Assembly: GCF_024223415.1 (NCBI RefSeq)
Contig: NZ_CP100501.1
From: Escherichia coli
Lineage (GTDB): Bacteria; Pseudomonadota; Gammaproteobacteria; Enterobacterales; Enterobacteriaceae
Reading direction: 5' to 3' (one strand)
DNA: 64,000 bases
Part shown: piece after piece, positions 31,251 to 40,934 of the stretch
How the letters are laid out: each line of letters opens with the position of its first letter
Numbering within the stretch: the stretch's first letter is position 1
The notes under the pieces: model-generated
Told to the model about the DNA's origin: nothing
The model's database searches: none
Seen by the model: only the letters and a program-made list of their open reading frames with translations
Made by a program: the position numbers and the translations under genes

Positions 31251-31472
31251 ACGTTTTTCTCTCTGTATACAGGGTGACGGCAGCCAGAATCAGTGCTGCG
31301 ATGGCGGTGGAATAACACTCTGCAAACACAAACTCCTGATTATCCCGGTTGTCGCGGGCAATCACGTTGCCGTGCTCTGTTCTGAGCAGGGTGAAAGGGG
31401 GCAGCTCACAGGACATGGTCTGGTCCTCTTCATTGTGTGAAGACGGCACCGGGAAACCGGTGCCGTTGTGGA

Positions 31473-31871
31473 TTAACTGATGGAGACCGGAGAAAGACCG
31501 AGCGTTTTCTGTCCGCTGCTCATCATTTCCGGTACGACGGCAAGACAGGCACCGACCACAATGGACAGTATGCAGGCCAGCCCTGCTCCGGGTTTTTTAC
31601 CGATTTGTTTGAGGCCAAGCAGGCCGGCAATAAAGAGCACCAGGCCAATAACCTGAGCGATGGTCACAAATGAACTGCTGGAGCCTTTTGCACCATCGCC
31701 AACGGTTTTGATCATATCGAATAGGGTGTTTGCCATCGCTGTGTGGGGCAGCAGTATCACGGGAAGCAGAAGTAACAGGCGTATCAGCCGGTCACGGCAG
31801 GCCACCAGGCATAACTGAACATAAATAAATGCAGCGCACAGACGCGCCGCCATGGCACGGAATCGTGACAT
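31473..31871 (-). CDS. traR: TraR-like small inner-membrane protein
   Basis: 132-aa ORF with two hydrophobic segments; synteny after traQ; true start may be an internal Met. Confidence 0.5.
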   Translation of the reverse strand: MSRFRAMAARLCAAFIYVQLCLVACRDRLIRLLLLLPVILLPHTAMANTLFDMIKTVGDGAKGSSSSFVTIAQVIGLVLFIAGLLGLKQIGKKPGAGLACILSIVVGACLAVVPEMMSSGQKTLGLSPVSIS

Positions 31872-31917
31872 ATAGTCTCCTTAACTAACAGACTGAATTA
31901 CTGAAAATGAATGTGGA

Positions 31918-32448
31918 TCAGAAGGCGAGACCAAGACTCGCCAGAGAGGCATCGATGACGCGATCGATAAAAACCAGCAGAACGCCGGCAACAAACTTGA
32001 CGTTTCCTTTGCTGATGGACTCACTGCTGCTCAGGGCGGTATGCCCGTCCAGCAGGGATTTACGCCAGATGGAAATGCCGTTCATGGCAAATCCCACTCC
32101 GGCCAGTTTTACCAGTGAGAGCATGGCATTGGCGGCACCGGCAGCGGCACCAAAGGTGGTTGGTTGTACATAAGCGATAGGGCCGAAGGAATCTGCCCTG
32201 AATCCCATCTGGGTACCCCCGGCATTGATGAAGGATGGCAGGGCGACCAGCATGCCGCAGATGACGATACCGGCGATAAATTTTCCCGGTCCCATACTGT
32301 GACGCCCTTCTGCCCGGGCGCGCATCAGATGACCAATCAGGCCGATAATCCCCAGCAGCTCTCCCCAGGTGAAGAGAAACTCCATGCCTGCACTGAATAT
32401 ACCGCTGGCAAAGTTCTCTATGGCTGTCAGGGCATCAATGCTCATCAT
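31918..32448 (-). CDS. traQ: TraQ-like inner-membrane protein
   Basis: 176-aa hydrophobic product; size and position match recalled R64 TraQ. Confidence 0.6.
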   Translation of the reverse strand: MMSIDALTAIENFASGIFSAGMEFLFTWGELLGIIGLIGHLMRARAEGRHSMGPGKFIAGIVICGMLVALPSFINAGGTQMGFRADSFGPIAYVQPTTFGAAAGAANAMLSLVKLAGVGFAMNGISIWRKSLLDGHTALSSSESISKGNVKFVAGVLLVFIDRVIDASLASLGLAF

Positions 32449-33158
32449 CGTAATGTACCGGCAGAGGTGATGACTGAGCGGCTGGACGGTTCAATCCGGG
32501 TGATGGTGATATTCCCCAGCCTGTCACCTTCCCGTACTGCCCAGGCGCTACCCTGCCAGCGGATCCAGGCCATTCCTTTTTCCACCGACATGATTTGCAT
32601 GCCCTGCAGGCGGGAAGGCGGGGTTTTCGTTGACTGGCCGTTATTCCCGGTCGGGATTTGCAGTGGTCCCTGCATCTGCAGGGCATGCACCTGCTTACGG
32701 GTTTCATCAAGCAACTGACGGGTTTCCTGTGCCCAGGCCTCATCTTTCCGTATGGTGTCGCCAAGGGTTGTGATGCTCTCTTTCAGCATGGTCAGGGTAC
32801 GTCGGATTTCCTCATCCCGCCTGTCCAGCTCTGCTTTCAGGTCACGGGCAAGCTGCTGCATGTCTGCCTGTGGGGTGACAGGAGGCGCGGACATGGTGTT
32901 TCCGCTCCCGGTCTCCGTTATGGGCATGGGCTCTGCCCAGCTTTCGGCTGCGGGCGGTGTGACAGCGAAGCCTGCATCTGCAGGGGGCTCTGAGGGTGTC
33001 CGCAGAAACTTGTACCAGACTGCGGCCAGGATGATGAGGACACAGCCGGCCCAGACTGGCAGGCTGTATCCCATATACTGGCGTTTCAGGAAGGATTTGC
33101 CGGATGCCGGTGTCGTTGTTTCGCCAAAACTGCCGGGATCTTCATGTTCGTTTTTCAT
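32445..33158 (-). CDS. traP: TraP-like protein with N-terminal TM anchor
   Basis: 237-aa product; overlapping stop/start with neighbours; synteny. Confidence 0.6.
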   Translation of the reverse strand: MKNEHEDPGSFGETTTPASGKSFLKRQYMGYSLPVWAGCVLIILAAVWYKFLRTPSEPPADAGFAVTPPAAESWAEPMPITETGSGNTMSAPPVTPQADMQQLARDLKAELDRRDEEIRRTLTMLKESITTLGDTIRKDEAWAQETRQLLDETRKQVHALQMQGPLQIPTGNNGQSTKTPPSRLQGMQIMSVEKGMAWIRWQGSAWAVREGDRLGNITITRIEPSSRSVITSAGTLR

Positions 33159-34486
33159 GGATGACTTTCCTGTTGTATTCCGTAACGTTGCCGCATTTCG
33201 TTCTGTTTACGCATGACAGCTGCCTGGATCCTGTCAGACGCCTGACGCTCTGCTTCTTCCTGGGTGAGCGGGCGTCCGGAGGGCGGTGGCACAGAAGGGG
33301 CAGTGCCGGAGGAGGGGGGACTGATATCGTTGCTCATGACCGGCTCAACAAACAGAATGGAGACAACCTCTCCGCGTGACACTGTCACCTGCCGGTAAGG
33401 TTCGCTCTCCGCCTGGCGGGTCAGCAACTGACTGCCCCGTTCGGCCATGCCGCCTGCAATGACGCCAGCCAGCGCCTCGCCATCAGGCATTCCCACCCTG
33501 CCAGTAATGCTGCCGTAGTTTCCCTGAATGACCTGTGTGTTGGCGTCTTTGTAAAGACTTCCGACACTGCCCACCCCACCGAGCACAGACGGCAGAACGA
33601 TATGCTTAAACCAGCGGTGGTTCACGTCGCTGGCCACGGATGACATGCCGGTATGTTCATTCAGGGCATATGCATTGACTTTCAGAAACATGCCCCGCCA
33701 CATCATCCGGTCAAAGTGGATATCCATTCCCTTGCCGGCGAGTCTGGCGTCCTGGCTGTAGAGGACGGCCCCGGCCCATGGGCCGGCAGGTACGGAGGCC
33801 ACCACGCGGGAGACAGCATTGTCAGAGTCCACTTCCGTATCAATGAAGGCAGGTACGCGGGTCAGTGCCGGTATCAGCTGTATCCCTGTACGAGCTGCCG
33901 GGGTTGCCAGACTGGCCTCCTGCAGACGTGGTTGTGGTGATGTGCCGGTACCGGGTGGTGAGGCGTGTGAGCTTATCCCGGGAGCACCAGTGGCACCCCA
34001 CATTGCAGCCGCCACTACCGGGGGGCGGGCGTCAGGATGCTGTGTGTTGATGCGGGCAAGCAGTTTTTGTAACGCTTCCCGCTGTTTTTCCCGGGCTGTT
34101 TGATCTGCCTGAGGGGGCGTTGATGGTTGACCAGAACCCTCGGCCTGGTCAGCAGGCTGAGTATCCCTACTTTGATTCTTTCCGTGATCAGTATCCAGTC
34201 CCCTGGGCAGACTGGCGATGAACGTCTGGTTATTACGTAATGCTTCTGCGGCCCCGCGCTCATTGTCAGCACGCAGTAAATCCCGGTAGTGCTGTGACTC
34301 CACCACGGTCCGCCCGCTGCCTGTTGTCGTGCTGTTGATATTGACTGACGAGAGCGATGCGCTGTTTTCGGGGGAAAGCCAGGTGAGCAGCAGGTATCCG
34401 CCCCCGATGATAATCACGCTCCCGAGAACCAGCAGGGCTGACAGTTTTTTGCCGGACTTTACGGCTGTGTCCTGTTCTGCGCTCAT
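33155..34486 (-). CDS. traO: TraO-like protein (DotG/IcmE-like core component)
   Basis: 443-aa product with N-terminal TM anchor and a Pro/Gln-rich linker; synteny. Confidence 0.6.
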   Translation of the reverse strand: MSAEQDTAVKSGKKLSALLVLGSVIIIGGGYLLLTWLSPENSASLSSVNINSTTTGSGRTVVESQHYRDLLRADNERGAAEALRNNQTFIASLPRGLDTDHGKNQSRDTQPADQAEGSGQPSTPPQADQTAREKQREALQKLLARINTQHPDARPPVVAAAMWGATGAPGISSHASPPGTGTSPQPRLQEASLATPAARTGIQLIPALTRVPAFIDTEVDSDNAVSRVVASVPAGPWAGAVLYSQDARLAGKGMDIHFDRMMWRGMFLKVNAYALNEHTGMSSVASDVNHRWFKHIVLPSVLGGVGSVGSLYKDANTQVIQGNYGSITGRVGMPDGEALAGVIAGGMAERGSQLLTRQAESEPYRQVTVSRGEVVSILFVEPVMSNDISPPSSGTAPSVPPPSGRPLTQEEAERQASDRIQAAVMRKQNEMRQRYGIQQESHP

Positions 34487-34489
34487 GAT

Positions 34490-35569
34490 TTACTCCAGTT
34501 CAGGGGTGACGTGAATGGACTGACCATTCACGGAGAAGGTGAGTAAGGGAGTCACCGGCAGTTTCCACAGACGCGTACCGTCAGCAGATGCCAGCGTCTG
34601 TTCAAATTCATCCCGCAGCATGGCCCGCGATCGCACGAGCAGATCATCGCCGTGCTGCCAGATGGTGGTGCCCGGAACATTTCCGGAGAATTTCAGCCGA
34701 CGCACGGTGGGATCATCGGGAGGAACACCGTCCAGAAAGGCCTGCAGGGTGGCATCATGCAGGGCAATCTTCTCTGATGGTACGGCTACCACAGGACTGG
34801 CAGGTCCCTGACGGGGAATGCGCAGATCCAGACGGCTGTCGATCTCCTGACTCAGGGTATTGGTGTCGGTTTCACCACTGGTGATATTCAGAATGACCGG
34901 TACAGACAGTCCTTTGAGGTAGACCGTTACATTCCCTGCAGCCCAGGCGCGCAGGGGGGTGACGGAGACCATATTGCCGTTGAACTGCACATCAAAGTGA
35001 CCGGGTGCCGCGTTATAAGGCGGATCCGACTGAGGCCACGGGGAGCCGTTGATGTCCGTGAACGTTACCACGCTGACGTTATGCAGTGCGGTTCGGACAA
35101 GCGGCAGACTGGCCCCGGGTGACAGATTTACCGTGAGGGAGCTGATACGGGGCACCACACTGGTGACAGGTGCGCTGATGGCCCGTTCGTTATCGGCCAT
35201 TCGTCCCCGCAGTTCCCGAATTTCACCTGCATTCAGGGGGGAATCCAGTGATGCGGCTTCCTGAACAAGAGGAGAGGCAGGTGGCGGCAGGGGGCCTGTG
35301 AGTTGTGTGGCTGGCGGGGGGCCGCCTGCGGGGGCGCTCCCGGGAGCCTGTCCTGTCTTTCCGCCAGCCTGTGGGGTTCGTGCGTTCTGCCAGCCCGGGT
35401 TATCTGCAGCCGTGACAGTGCCGCACACAATAAGCAGTGCGCCAAGAAGATGATGTATTTGCATGATATGAGTCTCAGGTTCCTGATGCGGCGTTACGGG
35501 AAACCATCTGGCTGATTTCCATGCCGCCGGGTTTGATTCGTGGGTCAACGCGCCGGACAGTGATTTCAA
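34490..35569 (-). CDS. traN: TraN-like periplasmic/outer-membrane protein (DotH/IcmK-like)
   Basis: 359-aa product with signal peptide; synteny. Confidence 0.6.
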   Translation of the reverse strand: MKSLSGALTHESNPAAWKSARWFPVTPHQEPETHIMQIHHLLGALLIVCGTVTAADNPGWQNARTPQAGGKTGQAPGSAPAGGPPPATQLTGPLPPPASPLVQEAASLDSPLNAGEIRELRGRMADNERAISAPVTSVVPRISSLTVNLSPGASLPLVRTALHNVSVVTFTDINGSPWPQSDPPYNAAPGHFDVQFNGNMVSVTPLRAWAAGNVTVYLKGLSVPVILNITSGETDTNTLSQEIDSRLDLRIPRQGPASPVVAVPSEKIALHDATLQAFLDGVPPDDPTVRRLKFSGNVPGTTIWQHGDDLLVRSRAMLRDEFEQTLASADGTRLWKLPVTPLLTFSVNGQSIHVTPELE

Positions 35570-36170
35570 AGGTGAAGGCCTGCTCGGGGCGGGTGCTGGT
35601 CTGACCGACCAGACGCATCCTGACCGGATACTGGAATTTCCAGAACCAGATGCCGTTTTCCATCTGGCCCTGATTCACCAGCGTGCCGGCCCCGATGGTG
35701 GCTGTGAGGTTAAATTTCTCCTTTTTAATGGTGTCCAGAATGTTGGAGGCCTGAAGAGCATTCACATAGCCGGCAAAACCGGCTTCGGAAAAGCGTGGAG
35801 CCAGTGTCGTGATTTGTTTCCTGTAGTGGACAAAATCCAGATTAAAAGCTTCGCTCAGCGTCATGCTGCCAAACGTCATGACGTCGCTCTGACTCCAGGC
35901 TGGCTGACTGGTGGGGGCCAGGCGGACCAGCCGGCCATTGTCGGTGGCAAAGTATTCGCGCGTCACGTCGGTGGCATGCCAGTACTGTATGATATTGCCG
36001 GTCAGACTGATGACGAGAGCTGCGCTGCTACACAGCAAGGCCCTGACCAGTCCGGGAACCAGTGCGGCCCGTTGTTCTGACTGTGCGATGGTTCTGAGCA
36101 CGGGGTTATAAATATCTCCGCTGTTATCCGCTTCCGGTGAGACAGGGGAGGTGGGTTGTGCTTCGCTCAT
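35475..36170 (-). CDS. traM: TraM-like protein (DotI/IcmL-like)
   Basis: 231-aa product with TM anchor; synteny. Confidence 0.55.
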   Translation of the reverse strand: MSEAQPTSPVSPEADNSGDIYNPVLRTIAQSEQRAALVPGLVRALLCSSAALVISLTGNIIQYWHATDVTREYFATDNGRLVRLAPTSQPAWSQSDVMTFGSMTLSEAFNLDFVHYRKQITTLAPRFSEAGFAGYVNALQASNILDTIKKEKFNLTATIGAGTLVNQGQMENGIWFWKFQYPVRMRLVGQTSTRPEQAFTFEITVRRVDPRIKPGGMEISQMVSRNAASGT

Positions 36171-36181
36171 GGTGCTCCTGT

Positions 36182-36532
36182 TCAGAGGTTATAGTCTTTC
36201 CAGGGGTCGATATTCCCCGGCAGATGTTCATTCACCCGATCCACGACGGCATCACAGACCTGGTTTTCCAGGTCGCGGAGGAGTTTGTCCAGGCTGGGGA
36301 ACTGCGGAAGAGTGATGCTGACGTCCTTGATGCGGGACAGGCAGGACTGCAGGGAAGAGGCGACGTCATTCTCCCGCTGTGACCATGCCTGGCTGGCTGT
36401 GCGCGCCCGCTCCCAGGCGGCTCTGCTGCCGGCTTCGGCAGCGGCCCCCGCCCGGCAGGTGGCGGCACCTGCCACCGGTGATGCCAGGGTGATGCCGGTC
36501 AGTATGACCAGCAGCGTTTTTTTCATGTTCAT
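36182..36532 (-). CDS. traL: TraL-like small secreted protein (start taken at MNMKKTLLVILTGITLASPVAGAA)
   Basis: ORF track extends to 36703 overlapping the sog 3-prime end; the internal Met gives a 116-aa protein with a clear signal peptide. Confidence 0.6.
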   Translation of the reverse strand: MNMKKTLLVILTGITLASPVAGAATCRAGAAAEAGSRAAWERARTASQAWSQRENDVASSLQSCLSRIKDVSITLPQFPSLDKLLRDLENQVCDAVVDRVNEHLPGNIDPWKDYNL

Positions 36533-36548
36533 GGTCGTCCTTACCGGC

Positions 36549-39500
36549 TCATCGGCCGGGGCTGTGAGATTGTGCCTGTTGCAGAGTTTTTTCCTGCCTG
36601 TCCTCCGCCTTTTGGCTGTCAGACCACTCTTTCCAGGTCTGCTCAAAACCCAGAGAGCGGAAAAGCTTGTCCGGCTGCTCTTCCGGTTTGTGGATGGCGG
36701 CAAACAACGGGGAGTCCTGTTGCTTCAGGTGAAACTGCATCAACTGTGGGGCAGGACGCTTAGGGCCGTCCGCATCCCGGTTGATGGCCTCACCGTAACC
36801 GGAAAACTGAAGGCCCCTGTCGGTCATGGCGTTGATGACCAGCTGACGGCTGTCCGCTGTCGGGGTGGCCAGTGCCGGGTAAAGGGTGCCGTTCAGGCGG
36901 ACCACGCCCTGCATGTATTCGTCGGCGCTTTGTAACAGCAGCAGATCCAGACGCTGGCTTTGTTTGTCGACGGAGAAGATGAGCGGCGTCAGTGTGGCGG
37001 GCGGTGTTCCGTTAAGTGGAACCCGCAGTGCCGGGTCTCGCGGTGCAGCGGCTGGCTGGCGGTCCTCCCCCAGATACAGGGTGTCGGGTACTTTGTCGGG
37101 GAGACGTACATCCTGCATGAGCTGTGGCCATCCCTGCTGTAACAGGGTCATCATCTGGCGGAATGTGGCCGCCGGATATTCCCGGATGTACTGGCCTTCA
37201 TGCGGGTTATCATGCGATACGCTGATCCCGTTACAGACCGGTTTCATGGTCCAGATATTTCGCACCCATTCCGGTTTGCCCTGTGATGAAGGTGATCTCT
37301 CCCGGGCCTGCAATGTCAGCGTGACGGGGTCGCCTTTCTGGTGGTTTTTGACCAGTTCTTCCAGGCCTTTTCCCCAGTATTCCCGTTTGCCACTGCGGTT
37401 GGTGAGCTCCACAAAAAAGCAGCGCCCTTTTCCGGGCGCATACTCTTTTTCTCCGTAGTTTGTCAGGACGGCAGTCACACTTTCACCGGGTCTGAGTTTG
37501 CCGGGGGGCTCTTCCTCCGGTGTGTCGGGTTGCTGTGGCTGTGCACTGACAGCGACGTTTCCTGCTGACGATGACGGGGCGGCTGGTTGTTCCGGTGTGT
37601 CGGCCCGGGGGGCTTCAGCTTTTGCCGTGACCGGCGCTTCCGGATGCGGTGTTTCAGCCGTACTGCCTGCAGTTTGCTCTGTTTCTGCTTTCGGTGACAC
37701 AGGGGGGGCCGGTTGTGCCATTGTTGTCTCTTCCGGTGACAGGCGGTTGAGTTCCGGCGTGGGTCTGTGGGTGACGATGGCATCATGCGCCATCCCTTTC
37801 TCCTGGCGGAGTTTTTCCAGCGCAGCCCTCTGGGTCGGGAGTTTCATGCGAACCTTGATGTCGTATTCGACAATCAGTTGCATGGCTTTTTGTTTAAAGG
37901 CATCACTGCCGGTCAGCTCGATAACGCCGCCATAGAAATTGGTGGCCACAGCAAGGGCAGCCAGAACCTTTTTGTCATCCGCGCTGGCGCCATCCACCAT
38001 TTCCAGACGGTTGAGTTTATCCAGGAATGCCGGTTCGCCGTCGACGCGGTAGAGCGCAGTATTGTCGGGTAACTCTTCGTGCTCAAGATTTTTAATAATC
38101 TCGTCCAGGTTGTGCCGCTGCGGACTGTCGGGACGGCGGGGCGCAAAGATAATCGTGTCCGGTTCCGTTGACGATGTGTCTTCCGGGCTGTTTTCCGGTG
38201 GTGATGGTGGTGCGACCTCCTCTGTTGCTGTTTCAGCCTCCGTGGGCTTTTTCTCCTGAATAACGGAAGGTTCTGAGGTGCGTGATTTCCCACCGGTCAG
38301 AAAACGGCGCAGACGGCTGAAAAGCGATGGCGTTTCAGGGTGGGCTGCTTCATTCGCTGTGCTGGTCTCAGTGGCAGACACAGGACGCTCTTCCTGCAGT
38401 TTATCTTCAGCCGTCGGTTCAGCGGTGGCCTGCCGGACTGGCTGAGTTTCTGCAGGTTCAGAAGGTGAGGCTGTTTCTGCTGTGCCGGTGTTGTGAACAG
38501 TGGCAGCAACCGTGGCATCGGCATTGAGCTCCTCAGGCGGTGCGTCACGGTTGTTATCGGGGACGGCAGAGGCACTCTTTTCACTGGTATCCGTTGCAGA
38601 CAGAACATCCTCTTCCTGCGGTTTATTTTCTGCCGTTGCTTCAGGGGTTGCCTGCTGAACAGGCTGAGTCCCGGCAGGTTCAGAAGGTGAGGCTGTTTCT
38701 GTTGTATCGGTGTGGTGAGCCGTGGTCATCACAGTGGCATCAGCGTTGAGGTCTTCCGCAAATGCGCTCCAGTCGTCAGCGCTGGCCATGGAGACCTGCA
38801 GTTGTTCTTCAGTCTGCGTTGTGGTGGTGTGCTGTGTCCCGGTCGCGTCGGAGACGGAGGTTTCCGGTGTGTCGTCACCTGGGGAGAGCTCTTCTGCCTG
38901 TACGCTCTGGTTGTCAGCGGTGGTGGCAGAGGCATTTTTTTCACCGGTATCAGCGGCAGGTATAACGCTCTCCTGAGGTTTGTCTTCTGCTGTTGGTTCA
39001 GGGGAGGACTTCTGAACAGGCTGAATCTCTGCAGGTTCAGGAAGCGTTCCTGTTTCTGCTGTGTTGGTGTTGTGAGCGGTGTCTGTACCTGTGGCGTCTG
39101 TATTGAGGTCTTCCTGGTCGCCAGCGGTAGCCGCAGAGGTATTCTCTGTGCCGGTATCAGCGGCAGACGCAATATTCTCCAGTGGTTTATCCGGGGATAA
39201 CGTCTCCGTAGTTACTGACTGCAGGGATGCATAGGCGGCATAGTCATCTTCATATGCCTGGTTTTCTGTCTCTTCAGTGTGGATGTCATAAGGCGTATCC
39301 GGTGTCGCCAGCACCGTTTCCGGGGCTGTGCTCTGTTTGTTTTCAGGGGACATTTGTGGCTTCTCATCTTTTACCGGTGTGAATATCAGGTTGCCGATCA
39401 CGACAGCTTCACGGTGGTCGGCAGTGTCACTGTTGGGTGTGGGGATACCGATATGTTTTAACTGTGCGTTCATGACATGCTGAAAGTCGTCCCGTCCCCG

Positions 39501-40580
39501 GCTGGCGTCCAGGTCATTGAAATCGGTCAGTCCCTGTGCTTTTTCCTCCTCCGTAAAGGCCGGAATAATGACTTCGCCATTCGTGACTTCTGCGGCTTTT
39601 GTTGCACTAAAAACCCCCTTGTTAATTTCCCGTTGATGATCGTTGTCGGCACAGAAGACAAAGGGGCTGTCAGTCCAGATTTGGCGGGCATTTTCTGCCA
39701 CGGCAATCATATTGCCGGCATCAACTGTCATCAGAACCGGAAGGCCGGTGGCTTCGTGCAGGGAGGCGGCAGTAGCGTAACCTTCCGCAAATAACAGGGG
39801 ACGGCCATTTTCCGGGGTTCCGAAGGTGAACCAGTTGCCGGTTTTCTCGGAGTCTTTCAGAATGCGGGCATCCTTCCCGCCGGTGACCGGAATACGCTGG
39901 TACGAACGTATTTCCCCCCGGCCGTTGCTGAAGGGAATAACCAGCTCATTTTTATTGTTCAGCCGCACGCCAGGCGCGGCCCGGATGCCCTTGCGCGTCA
40001 GGTATTCATGTGCTGTTGCCTGTGGCAACCCGTTAATATAGGAGCGGGCATACCGGGCCTGTTTGTTGTACTGTTGCTGCAGTTTACGTGCGTTATCATC
40101 GCGCTGTTGCTGAGCGAATGCCCGCAGATGCAGTCTGGCCAGAGGATCGTGTTGTTCTCCGCCGGAAAATACCCAGTTTGTGGGACTGTCATCGGCGCTC
40201 CGGTAGTCGCGGTACCAGCCAGCGGGGCGCCCATCAAGATAGGCTTTGTATGCGCCACTTTTGGCCCCTTTTTTGTCATCCCGGGTGGCGACTCTGTGTA
40301 TGGCGCCATCCATCTGTGGCAATCCCTGAATAACCAGCCCGGCGTTTTCCAGGACCTGAGCAAATTCGGTGACCGGATCGCCGGCATCCATCGACAGTTC
40401 CTGCGGCCGGGGTAACCAGCGCTCCAGCAGAGAAAGTTCGGTACCTGCCCGGGCATACCAGAGTTTTTTTTCTGGATCCCATGCGACAGCTTTGCGGCCA
40501 TTTAACGGGGGTACTGCATTTTTTACGGCTTCTGTCTCCTCAGGCGGGACAGCAAGCCAGGTACGATATCTGGACTTCAT
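36549..40580 (-). CDS. sog: Sog-like conjugative DNA primase (N-terminal TOPRIM primase domain, long repetitive acidic linker, C-terminal domain)
   Basis: 1343-aa product; primase-like motifs (LLFAEGYATAASL, FCADNDHQ); position between traK and traL; internal tandem repeats of about 60 aa. Confidence 0.75.
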   Translation of the reverse strand: MKSRYRTWLAVPPEETEAVKNAVPPLNGRKAVAWDPEKKLWYARAGTELSLLERWLPRPQELSMDAGDPVTEFAQVLENAGLVIQGLPQMDGAIHRVATRDDKKGAKSGAYKAYLDGRPAGWYRDYRSADDSPTNWVFSGGEQHDPLARLHLRAFAQQQRDDNARKLQQQYNKQARYARSYINGLPQATAHEYLTRKGIRAAPGVRLNNKNELVIPFSNGRGEIRSYQRIPVTGGKDARILKDSEKTGNWFTFGTPENGRPLLFAEGYATAASLHEATGLPVLMTVDAGNMIAVAENARQIWTDSPFVFCADNDHQREINKGVFSATKAAEVTNGEVIIPAFTEEEKAQGLTDFNDLDASRGRDDFQHVMNAQLKHIGIPTPNSDTADHREAVVIGNLIFTPVKDEKPQMSPENKQSTAPETVLATPDTPYDIHTEETENQAYEDDYAAYASLQSVTTETLSPDKPLENIASAADTGTENTSAATAGDQEDLNTDATGTDTAHNTNTAETGTLPEPAEIQPVQKSSPEPTAEDKPQESVIPAADTGEKNASATTADNQSVQAEELSPGDDTPETSVSDATGTQHTTTTQTEEQLQVSMASADDWSAFAEDLNADATVMTTAHHTDTTETASPSEPAGTQPVQQATPEATAENKPQEEDVLSATDTSEKSASAVPDNNRDAPPEELNADATVAATVHNTGTAETASPSEPAETQPVRQATAEPTAEDKLQEERPVSATETSTANEAAHPETPSLFSRLRRFLTGGKSRTSEPSVIQEKKPTEAETATEEVAPPSPPENSPEDTSSTEPDTIIFAPRRPDSPQRHNLDEIIKNLEHEELPDNTALYRVDGEPAFLDKLNRLEMVDGASADDKKVLAALAVATNFYGGVIELTGSDAFKQKAMQLIVEYDIKVRMKLPTQRAALEKLRQEKGMAHDAIVTHRPTPELNRLSPEETTMAQPAPPVSPKAETEQTAGSTAETPHPEAPVTAKAEAPRADTPEQPAAPSSSAGNVAVSAQPQQPDTPEEEPPGKLRPGESVTAVLTNYGEKEYAPGKGRCFFVELTNRSGKREYWGKGLEELVKNHQKGDPVTLTLQARERSPSSQGKPEWVRNIWTMKPVCNGISVSHDNPHEGQYIREYPAATFRQMMTLLQQGWPQLMQDVRLPDKVPDTLYLGEDRQPAAAPRDPALRVPLNGTPPATLTPLIFSVDKQSQRLDLLLLQSADEYMQGVVRLNGTLYPALATPTADSRQLVINAMTDRGLQFSGYGEAINRDADGPKRPAPQLMQFHLKQQDSPLFAAIHKPEEQPDKLFRSLGFEQTWKEWSDSQKAEDRQEKTLQQAQSHSPGR

Positions 40581-40643
40581 GTCGTTCTCCGGGGATTAAA
40601 GATGAGGGCGTTGTGATACGCCGGGATGATGGACAAAAGAGGG

Positions 40644-40934
40644 CTATTCTGGTCCGTGCCATTCACGGGGTAATTCTGTGCGGTGTCGGTACCACCAGGG
40701 ACGTCCTGATGCCTGCTTACCCTGAAGCAGGCTGTACAGACGTATACAGAGGGTGCGGACTGTCCAGCCGGAATATCCCAGGAGCATAAAAAACAGCAGA
40801 ATGCCGCTGCACACCCAGAATGTCGTTTTTGACGGATACGGAAACAACAGCAGGTAAATCATGGTAAACGGCAGGGGGACACCATAAATGTTGAGCGGTG
40901 GAGTTACATCCCGCCAGAAGCCTTCGCGTTTCAT
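40644..40934 (-). CDS. traK: TraK-like small membrane protein
   Basis: 96-aa hydrophobic product between traJ and sog. Confidence 0.6.
   Translation of the reverse strand: MKREGFWRDVTPPLNIYGVPLPFTMIYLLLFPYPSKTTFWVCSGILLFFMLLGYSGWTVRTLCIRLYSLLQGKQASGRPWWYRHRTELPREWHGPE

Noticed and set aside
36886-39461. Many plus-strand and alternative-frame ORFs (60 to 190 aa) across the sog gene
   Set aside because: They are produced by the internal tandem repeats and the high GC of sog; all are nested inside the long primase reading frame.
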